A stretch of DNA of 64,000 nt from NCBI GenBank assembly GCA_032718475.1, contig JAUCBJ010002087.1, positions 438 to 64,437 of the forward strand, given 5' to 3'. This DNA is from Nemertoderma westbladi. Lineage: Eukaryota > Animalia > Xenacoelomorpha. Below the pieces are notes generated by a model, which searched no databases, was not told the DNA's origin, and saw only the letters and a list, made by a program, of their open reading frames with translations. The position numbers and the translations under genes are program-made. Shown here piece by piece: positions 26,901-37,000 of this stretch (positions within the stretch are counted from its first letter, which is position 1; each line of letters starts with the position of its first letter).

Positions 26901-27635
26901 TCTTTCCTTATAGTTTCGGGACTTCTGACGTCTCATGTCTTCCTCTTCATCGCTCGATTCTGTGTCAGTCCTTAGCGCTCGCGATGGTTTGCGCGCCGAG
27001 GCCCTGATCCAAGCATCCTGAATAAATCTTTCGGCTGAATTTTCGAAATCGGGATTATGGATATTCGGGACAGGCGTCCTTACCTGAGGTCTATGTGGTA
27101 TAGTTTCCTCCGATATGCGTACTCGTTGACTAGGTTGGACTTTATCTAACTCAGGCCTGCTAGGATTAGAATTACTTCTTACCTGGGCTGCTTCCTTTAA
27201 CCGTAGGTTGCTAAGCATGTCCGTTATAGGTTGGATGTGCAGCGATATAGCTTGCGCTAAACTAGCACTCAACTCATCCCTCGTAATAAATTCCTGGCTA
27301 GGGTTCTGTTGTATAGTCGGCTCTATCTGAGTAATCCGCTGTCTCTCATATGATCCCTCTTCCGGTTTAACCCGGAAGTTCTCCGTCGAACTGGGTCGGC
27401 GCTCCGTCTGCGTATTCCAAACCCGCGGGTTCGGTTCGCCAAATACTCGGCCCGTCGGAGTTTCTCCTCTAAACTCTTCGTTCTCGCGTTCGGTATGTAG
27501 TGGTGCGGTGTTCTGATGCCGTGGATTCTGCGCGATAGGTGAAGCACTAATACCAACTGGTGTGCGATATGTAGAGAACGGTTTAGCGATCCGTGTACTC
27601 GTAATAGCTGGACCAGGTATAGGAATTCTGGTCAT
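20913..27635 (-). CDS. BEL/Pao gag-pro-pol polyprotein of element A, with one in-frame TAG at 24474-24476
   Basis: Triple Cys/His knuckles (CQYC..HKLDSC, CWACLAPGHVWRQC, CMECGRLHHKLLH); MLDTAS protease; YYLPHH, KVRVVNDCA and NFYMDD RT; LHLFSDAS..VPRAEL RNase H; GVDCFGP/SDKGTNF/GSWERLV integrase. ORFs 24474-27701 and 20913-24452 are the same frame (PPK*ENNYSLALKRL). Confidence 0.92.
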
Positions 27636-28564
27636 CGTCGACTCGCAGCCTTCTGCAGTGCGAACAGTTCTCGCAACTCGGTCCCTACACTCGCCCCACA
27701 TTCTTCGATCATTCGCATCCCCTTCTCGGCGATTTCATTCGCCTTTCTAGTCCGTTCTTCGCTCTCTAAATTTAATCTCGCACTTTCCAACTGCGCCAGT
27801 TTACGTTGTTCTTCTTCCCTCGCAAGTCTCGCTGCGCTCTCTTCTTCCAGTCGCGCCTTCTCTTCGTATAATGCGCGTCGCTCTTTCTCGATCTCGAATT
27901 CGCGTTCTTTGCGCTCGCGTTCGAGTTGGAATTCGCGTTTCTTCTGTTCGCGCTCGAATTGAAGTTCGCGTTCTTTCGCTTCCCGTTCGCGTTCAAGTTG
28001 GAGTTCGCGTTGTTTCTGTTCGCGTTCGGCTTGAAGTTCGCGTTCCTTGCGCTCGCGTTCGGCTTGCTCACGCTTACTTATGTCCTCCAACTCGCGCAGC
28101 TTCGCGTCTAACTTACGTGTGCGCTCCCGTTCTCGTTCGGCTTCCTTCCGTGCCTCCGATGCACGCAAAACTTCCGCCTGCTGTTCGTCCAGTCGGCGTC
28201 TTCTCTCCTCTGCCGAGTTGTGAGAAACAAGGGATCTAGCACATATAACCTTCCCTCGCGCGTGACTAACCTGGGAATCGCCACTGTCTCTAGATGCGTC
28301 GTCGGGTGGAGTTAACGTTCTCTGTTGGATGTTGTCCGTCGTTGGTAGCACCTGACCCGGTACCACCACTCCACTCTGCATCAGCCAGCCGGTAACTTCC
28401 CGTTGATACATGCGCTCCTCTTTATCCTGCATATCTTCCCGCTCCACTAAATTTCTCGACACTGCGTCATTCACCTGAGTCGCCTGTGCTTGTGATGCCC
28501 ATAGCAACCAGTTCTCCGTCCTAACTCGTTGAAATCGCTCCGATAACGCGCGGTGCTCTAACAA
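27632..28564 (-). CDS. Upstream coiled-coil ORF of element A (gag N-terminal part or a separate ORF)
   Basis: E/R/Q-rich quasi-repeats (ERELQ.ERE). Start codon uncertain (first ATG at MQDKEE). Its TGA overlaps the ATG of the next ORF. Confidence 0.7.
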   Translation of the reverse strand: MLEHRALSERFQRVRTENWLLWASQAQATQVNDAVSRNLVEREDMQDKEERMYQREVTGWLMQSGVVVPGQVLPTTDNIQQRTLTPPDDASRDSGDSQVSHARGKVICARSLVSHNSAEERRRRLDEQQAEVLRASEARKEAERERERTRKLDAKLRELEDISKREQAERERKERELQAEREQKQRELQLEREREAKERELQFEREQKKREFQLERERKEREFEIEKERRALYEEKARLEEESAARLAREEEQRKLAQLESARLNLESEERTRKANEIAEKGMRMIEECGASVGTELRELFALQKAASRR

Positions 28565-28866
28565 GGCTGCTAAAACCCTGTCGTAAACCCTCGTAACAGC
28601 AATCAGCCTAATGTACTACTGTACTATTGTACGAGACCAGTGAATACAGTAATCTAAACTAACAGCCTAAAGGAATACACTCTCTGTCTTACTGTACGCA
28701 GTACAGTGCCTAATACAGTAATCTAATTCGTATTTACTGTACACAGTACAGCAAAACAAAACGTCCTTTACTGTTACGAAGTAACAGTAAATAATACAGT
28801 AATCTAACTTAACAGCCTAAGAATACACTCGTCACTGTAAGCAATAGGCCTACAGCACACAAAAAA

Positions 28867-28876
28867 CGTCCCTTAC
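28867..28876 (-). other. Non-tRNA primer-binding site of element A (GTAAGGGACG), complementary to its own LTR
   Basis: Abuts the LTR-terminal CA; reverse complement of the LTR-internal sequence at 30479-30488 (and 12612-12621). Confidence 0.75.
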
Positions 28877-28963
28877 TGTTAAACGAACTACCCCAGCCTA
28901 ACCAATAAAGACACAAAACTGTTCTATTTACTAGACGGGGCAATCAGGAGCGTATATTACTAA

Positions 28964-29583
28964 CTACGCCTCCACCACGGCAATCCTAAACGCGGTCGAC
29001 CGCCCTGCAGAGAACGGCGAGCTCTCCCTCCTCGAACTCACAGGCTACAGGCGCCGCGCTGCAGCCCAATTCATCTCCAATGGCTCGCACCACAAGCTCT
29101 GCCGCAGTAAAGGGTGTTGGCGGCCGACCCCCACATGCGTCTGCCGTCTCTGCGACGACCAGGCGACGGACAAGGACCACGGCCTCAGTTGCACTGGCGT
29201 CCCGACTCTACTAACAACAGTAAAACGCTCACTGTTCCTGTACGCCGTGAAATGATCTATTCTAATTTTTACACGATCTATTTTAAAACTTCCCCCAGCC
29301 ACGCTATAACCAAACATTGAATTGTACAATATTTCAACCGTGCAACGACATTTTATTATATTATATACATTTTTACTATTTTTATTATATTATATATTCA
29401 TTTTATTATATCCCCATCCCCAAATAACCTATAAATAATGTGTATCCCATTTTCCATTATCTGTCATACAATACAGTATTATATGGTCACATAACAACTT
29501 TCATATTTTACAGTAGGCCTACCTACCTTTATGTGCATGTTTATTTTATTTACACCATATGTTGGTATTAAAGCTTTCGTTTC
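28964..29583 (+). mobile_element. 5'-truncated non-LTR retrotransposon (LINE 3' end)
   Basis: Absent from the other LTR copy; 10-bp TSD ATATTACTAA (28954-28963, 29584-29593); open frame ending GSHHKLC..CVCRLCDDQATDKDHGLSC..YAVK*; AT-rich 3' UTR; ATTAAA plus a short tttcg/tttca tail. Confidence 0.85.
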
Positions 29584-30601
29584 ATATTACTAAATGTAGG
29601 GTTTCAGGTACGGAAAACCACTACTTCCCGTTGGATGGCGCTAATCTGCCGTCCGCTAATATATTTCCTAAATTTCTACGGCTCCTACTAAATTCTCGTT
29701 CCTTTCTCTACCAATTACTCGATAGAGAGCTAACTGTTCGAATATATGAGCCACGCGGGAATAACCAAAACAATAAACCCGAATCGGCTCCCTAAGCTGA
29801 CTTAAAACGAGTGTGAGAGATTTTACACTCTGAGTGTATTTTATAGCCTAATACTGTAATATTACTGTAAATTTGCGCTTACAACTACGTCCTTTCTAAT
29901 CGAATCTAATCGCAATACTGGGGTTCCCTAACAGAATATGTGAATGTGAGAATATTTAAAAATAATCGAAAATCGGTACGGTAATTATTTCGGGACTCTA
30001 ACTTATCTGCGGCTGGCTTTAGGCCAGCAATTTACTGATGCTCGTTGCGTACTGTATACTGCGATGTGAATTTTGTCCGCTAATTCAAATAACCGCCCAG
30101 CGTGAATAGTGTACGGTACTCTAAATTTATTACCTAACTACCCTCCACTATGCAGCGTACAAATTCCTAATTTTACTAATTAATTTCAGTCACAAATATG
30201 TAACGGCGTACTAATTACTAAGTATTCCAGAATGCGCAATTCTAAATTATTATGCAACGGGTCACACTAGCAACAGCCTAAAATACCGTATTATTTTCGA
30301 CCTAATCAGAAATTAATTACAGTAAGCTAAGAAATAGAAATCAATCAAAGGGAAAAGAGCGCCTATCCAAGCATTCGTGATTTATTAGGCACACTTTAGT
30401 AACGCACCAATCAGCATAACACAATCGCGATCTACAGTTTAGCTAGCAATTCAGAACTCGCAATTCGCAACTCGCAACGTAAGGGACGCAGATCTCTCCC
30501 GGCTACGTCTAAGCTTCCTAACTAACCCAATTCCTGTCCCCCTAGTACTACAAAATAGAGACAAAACCTGGATCATCAGCCCCTAATTGCCGAACCGGCG
30601 T

Positions 30602-31860
30602 TGTAAAAGCTTCTGTGGGATATAACTGGCCCCTTTGCTTCGCAATCCAGTTTCCCCCCAGGCGCTGGAATACTCTAAAAAAGGTTCTCTAACTGTATAT
30701 CTATTCCCCTCGCCCGCAAGGTACCGTTACAGGTGTTTTAACGGACATAAAAGTCATTCTGCTATATACGTGTTTTAGCGGACATGGTAAGGCAAAAAAC
30801 CTACAATGCACCAAATGCCTTTCACAGCTTGGCCGTGATGATTCATATTACGACATCTAACAGCCGGTTGCTGACATGGAAACAGCCATTGGACGCATGG
30901 TTCTTTGTTTGGCTTGAGCCAATCAGAGCGATTTTTCCTGTCGACGTGTAGCTTTTCGGCCGATCATAAGGAGAGTGTTCAGTCTTACTGTTTTCACTTG
31001 ATACTTTGTTGTTATTGCTGTCTAAGCCAGAAACACCGGCTCTAGAGTTAATTCTTTTCATACTTTAAGAGGAAACATTAGTAGGCTTAAATTATAGAGC
31101 GTATGACTGTTATCAGTCAAATCCATTCACAATTCAATACTTTGTTGTTATTACTGTTCAACATACATTATTATACTGCTATTTACTGTTGTGTTTGGTT
31201 GAATATTATTTGGAGAACATATATAAAGAACCCAAATTTCCCAATTTTCTTGATACACTACAGGTTAGAGAGACGGGTTATATATATAGCGATTGCGACT
31301 TATATTGTTGTGGTTTGTAGTGAATTTAATGCTATTTGATAAGCACTACATTGGTCCGTTGCTATTCCCTTTATATATGATAAAATACATTGACGGGCGG
31401 CAAATTAATGAGCAGTATTGTGTGTTACCGGTAGTGTGCATGATTGTGACCGATAACTAAGCATTTCCTAAAGAATGCGACTCATACGTGAATCATAAGC
31501 CTTACCGACTTACCGTTGTGATTGGTATAAGTCATATCTCTGTTTACTTAGATAGAGCGCCACGTCCTAAAAGGAACTGTTAATATTTCCCGAAAGTGAA
31601 TAATATTAGTCAGAAATTAATTATTAACGATCAATCGAATAATACAATACCGTAAGCTTCACTGCAATAATAATCTAAGCCGACAGAATCCAGCCTCCCG
31701 GGATTATCCAGCGGATGAATGGACGCGCACTAGGCTGGCTTCTGCTAATGTTGTGTTTATTGGTATTAAATATTTGTCATCTTCTAAAGTATATTTATAA
31801 ATCAAAAGACATATAAATTTTGGCAGGTTAAACTGCTAAAGGTCTTCAAAAGCGCGTACA
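30602..31860 (+). repeat. 5' LTR of element C
   Basis: Direct repeat of 41169-42427. Confidence 0.95.
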
Positions 31861-31871
31861 ATAACAGTCAT
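31861..31871 (+). other. Non-tRNA primer-binding site of element C (ATAACAGTCAT), complementary to its own LTR
   Basis: Abuts the LTR end; exact reverse complement of ATGACTGTTAT at 31103-31113. Confidence 0.78.
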
Positions 31872-32204
31872 TGACTTTATTGCAGTAAGCAATAAAGTTG
31901 AAAGTACCGATCGACCGGTAAACCTGAACCGGCACTTCTGTAGGTCCGTAGGCCCAACTGCCCTAACCGGTACTTCCAGTATAAGTACATTAGTATTATT
32001 CGATTTTGATTATAGTATACCGGTAGGTCTTAGTATTTAATCAGGGAACGGCCGCCCTGATTTTTATTTGAGATTCTACTTATTTCTGTCGGTTTTATTT
32101 ACTAGTAGGCTAATATTGAGCAGAAGGCGTGTGACCCTGCTCAGATTGTTCAGATAATTGTAGGCTGAGCTGCTGTCTGACTGTTGTTGGGTTTGGAGAG
32201 ATTA

Positions 32205-32725
32205 CGGCGTGTGTAGAGTTTGTCTGATAAAGTGCTGTTAGTAAGTTGGGGCAGCCATATGCTGCAAGGTCAATCCCCTCTTAAAGAATAAGTCGTACTA
32301 CCGTGTTAGAACGCATACTAACTAACTATTTCAGAATCTGCATATACTGTAGTTTATTTAGGCTTGATCGTAGTCTGCCAGCGTTTTGGCCTGTGTTTGT
32401 TTGTGTGGTCTGTTCAGGTACCGTAATAGTTATTACTCAGATATTTTGTAGGCTGGATTGTTGTCTAGCTATTATTAGGTCTGAAGAGATTGCTGCGTGT
32501 GTAGAGTTTGTCTGATAAAGCTCCGTTAGTAAGTTGGGGCAGCCATAGCGGTAAGGTCTATCCCCTCTTAAAGAATAAGTCGTACTACCGTGTTAGAACG
32601 CATACTAACTAACTATTTCAGAATCTACACGTACGGTAGTTTATTTAGGCTTGGCGGTAGTCTGCCAGCGTTTTGGTTTGTATTTGTTTGAGTATTCTGT
32701 ACGGGTAGCGTAATATTTATTATTC
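32205..32725. repeat. Diverged ~288-bp tandem duplication in the leader of element C
   Basis: gcgtgtgtagagtttgtctgataaag...aagaataagtcgtactaccgtgttagaacgcatac at ~32207 and ~32495. Confidence 0.85.
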
Positions 32726-34038
32726 AGAGTTTATGCGATTATTCGCAACATTCATGTCCCCAAGTTTATTCCTACAGTAATTGTGCTTGTTATACATACC
32801 GTTATAGTTAAATTAACCCCGGTACTACACGGGCTGCTCGGCGTAGGACAAGACTGGTGACTTTGTGCTTCGGTCACTCCAGCAGATGCCGTGGTTCTTT
32901 TAACTGTTCAAGTATATTTAACTACTGATTATTTGTTATACCGGTACTTGTACCTAATTTAGGGTTTAGTGTACAGTGCTTTCCGAAGTAATTAGTGTAG
33001 GCAGTATATTTGTGTTGTAAAGTGGTTGATAGGCACATTCGTTAGCTCTATTAGCTTCTGGGTAGGAACAATCCGTGATACATAACGTAGTACCTATAGC
33101 GATACGGTTATAGGTCGTCAGGCGGTGGTATTTTCCTATCTGGACAGTACAGTATATTTACTACTACTTATTATTTAAATACCGTAGTACCCTGTCCATT
33201 GTAATAACCAGAATTCTAACCCTTTGTTAGGCTGGTTTGTAGACTTCCTGTAAAATTACCCTAAAAAATTCGTACGTAATATTTGTTGTGTTTAATTAGA
33301 GAATTAATCTCACCCATATCGTAAGTAATTTGTAGTATTAAGTAACTTAGGTAAATTAGAATTATCAGTTTTAGTGTCAAATAAATAGCACTTCACTGAG
33401 AGCTCACAGCTTCTGTGTAGTGACTCCCCCAGAAATAATAACATTTATTTCAAATATTGACAAAAACCCATTTAAACGGGTATATATCTATTATAAATCA
33501 ACTCAAACGATTTATAAATAGTAGGCCTGCCAGACAACAACTAGGTCTCAATATCAGTTGGACTACTGCTTAAATAACGGTAATAAAGTAAGTTAAAGTA
33601 ACCAAGTAACCCTAAATATTCAGAAATTCAATTATTCTAAAATAATTGATAATTGACATACCGGTATTTACCATAGGCTTATTATATTTATCTCTATAAA
33701 TTTGAGCTGAAATCATACCGGTACTCTGTAATTAATCTAGTCCGTAATTACACTTATATATACTATAAGTGTAAGCTGTATACCGGTATTCACTATAGGC
33801 CTATTATATATTTATATATATCTGTGCTAAATTTATATACCGGTACCCTGTGACAAACCTAGTTTACAATACTTATATATATATTATGAGCATACCGTTA
33901 TTCTAATATATTATATATATATCACGCTACACTGAGTAGCAGTATCGGCAATTAATTATTAGGCTAACGGTGATACTGAATTACTAGACTTACTTTGACT
34001 GTATTTGTAACCGTAGGCATTCAACTGTGTAAACAAAC

Positions 34039-37000
34039 ATGGCTGACACAAGGCAAACTCTGTCAGATAGTCTCCTAGAAACAACAGACTGTTTCTCAGA
34101 TCAAAGTGTAGAGAATCCCAGACCGAGGTCTGAAACCCCTCATACTGTAAGAAGGGCAACCCCTGCAGTGGTTGTATCAGAACCTAGGTTGGTAGAAGCG
34201 ATTTCGCATTTTGCGAAGTTAGTGAAGCGCCGTTGGTCTGCCATAGGCACTCGGGCCCAAGTCAAGCGGGATCAAGAAGAAGCTATAAAACAGCAGCAAC
34301 CTCCTAGCCAAGAACCTAGTTCTCAGCGGCCCGATAGCTCCAGTAGTTCGGATACTGTTGAGCGGACGCCCGAACGCGGAGCGAAGATGGCGGATATGGT
34401 TTATGATGAGCGGCCAACCTATGAAGAATCAACCGACGCCACTTCTTCTCAAGTGGAAAGCGAGGTGGAAAGCGAAGTGGAAAGCGAATTAACAGCAGCA
34501 GAGAAGCCGCGAACTAGAGACGCCATTGACATATATCTGTCAGACTATCAGCGATTCATAGGAGACGAAGAGTTGAGGAGACGACTGTCTGGACTTCGCC
34601 CTAATAGTGAAGGAACCAAGCTTGTGTTGGACGCAATCGATGCGGAAATGTTAGCTGCAGAACAAGCTAAATGTGATGAAAAACTCCGCCTCGTTAGAGT
34701 CCAAGAAGAACAAATAAAGAAAAGAAGGATAGAGGAACAAAAGGCGACGGCTATGGCGGCGGCTATGGCAGATGCAGAAGCAGAAAGAAAAGCAGCAACG
34801 GCGGTGGCTATGGCAGATGCAGAAGCAGAAAGAAAAGCAGCAAAGGCGGTGGCAAAGGCAGTGGCAGAAGCAGAAAGGAGAGCATCTGAGCAGACTACCC
34901 AACTGGAGTTGGAGAATCTGCAAGAGACACAAGACAGTATAAATAAACAGTTTACTGCTAATCAAATGCAGATGATGAGAAAATCTACTCCCAAGCGCCA
35001 AGGATACACATCCTCGGAGGAAGGCGATACTACCGATCCTGAAGGCGGAGGAAATAGATCTCATCTAAGTAGGCGTAGAAAAACATATTACCGTCGCAAA
35101 TTGCCTGATTTGCCCCCAGCTGTTAAAAGACAGCTAACTAGCACAGACTTAGGTAGTGCAGAACCCATAGAACAATTTATCCAGGTCAAAAGACTCCCTA
35201 CTATAGTCGATGAACCTGAAATAATTAGGCCTGTTGTTCCCAAAGTCACTTCTGTGCTAGAGACCCCTACACTTCCAGAGCTTAACTCTAAATTCCCTTT
35301 ACATAGTACTATACTGCCTGTACCCGGTGGAACAGTCCATGCAAATACCCCTGTCCAGATAGCAGAGAGGGAAATCAATAATTTGTCTCCCGTCGTCCCG
35401 CGTCAGCCCGCTACTATGTTGGCGACTCCCGCTTCGGCGGTTGAGTGGGTGGAAGAGGGACGGTGGGGGATGAATCTCCTGCTAGGACAGATGCAGGAGA
35501 CTGTCCACCAACTTAAGGGAACAGTGAGGGAAGGTAGAGCAGAGTTGCAAGAAGTGCAGCAAAGTATCGCGCTAGAACGCGACAAATTAGTCAATATACA
35601 AAAGGGCATACCAATACCCCCTGTAACATTGTGTCCACCTGTTAGGTCTGAAGTATTACATGCGCAAGGTGTGGAGCCTACACGCATCTATACTGCTAGT
35701 GAAGTTGAAACTCCTATAGCAAACCCTATTAAGGGTGATTATAGACCTGTTATTAATGATATTCCCTATAGACCTGATAATGATCCGAGAAATTTATATA
35801 CCGATAATTCGATATTAAATAACACGATGGCCCAAGAAAGCTTTACGCGTCAGATGGCTAGAACAGAAGCCCGCCAAGCGGTCAAAGTGGGAGAGATCGT
35901 CAAATTCAATGGAGATGAGATGAAATGGTTACCTTTCAACGAATATTACAAAGATAGCATACAGAACTCTGTACTATCTAACGGAGAGAAACTTAGATTC
36001 CTCATCAAGTGCTTGGAAGGACCTCCCAAGTTAATGGCGTTAAAGTTTATTGGACATCCAGATGGATTAAGACAAGTTTGGGATACATTAAACATCAGGT
36101 ATGGTAACAAGGATAATATAGCTAAGTATTTGTATGCAAAATTAGTAGCCCCCCGACACTTCCTTAGTAGCGGGATTATAGAGTTTTCCGATGAAATTCA
36201 AGAGATCTGTAGACAACTGGACTGGTTAGGTAAGTCGCATGAATATCAGAGTTCCATGGTCATTGGAGCCGTAGTCTCTACTTTACCAAAGGGTGGAGTA
36301 TGTACGCGCTGGGACAAGAAAGTGTTGTACATGAATGAACAACAACGCCGAAGCCCTACCATGGCTGATCTCATGTCCTTCTTAGATAGTGAAGTAAAAT
36401 TACAACTCATAAGGCAGTCCAGAGAGAAAACATCGGAAAATAAGGTAAGTGAGAAACCCGTTTCTAGGAGAAGGATAATACCAGTGTGTTATACTGACGA
36501 CGGCGAAAGCCAAGCTTCTCAAGAAGAGGACAGCGGGAAAGACACCGAACGATCTTACTATGACAACAAGACCTATAAAGACGTAAGTAAATACAAGTCT
36601 CGAACCAGTGACAGGAGAGAACAGGTAACAACAACTCCTCCTACGTCTCCTAAGAGAATTCACGGAAGAAAGCCCGAAGAAAGAACGAGAGTGCAGAACG
36701 TTAACCAAGTTAAGGTGAGTAACATCAAACCAAAATGTGCGCTGTGCGACGGGCCCCACCGTTTGAGTGCGTGTGCAGAATTCCTAAAGAAATCCCTGGC
36801 AGATAGACGTGGAGTCCTGTGGGATAAGCGGTTATGTTATAACTGTCTCAGACGCGGACACCAGCGGCGAACCTGTTACTCTGACGCAAGGTGTGCTAAG
36901 TGCGGCGCGAAACATCATAGCTTGTTGCACACGGAATTCGAACGAAACAGCCCGAGTCAGGTAAGTGAGCCCAAATCACATGTCCAATTCAGTGATGTGA

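Noticed and set aside
30843-31339. Duplicated small ORFs (also 41410-41906, 17314-18014, 42688-43385)
   Set aside because: Duplicated only because they lie in LTRs; no protein-like features
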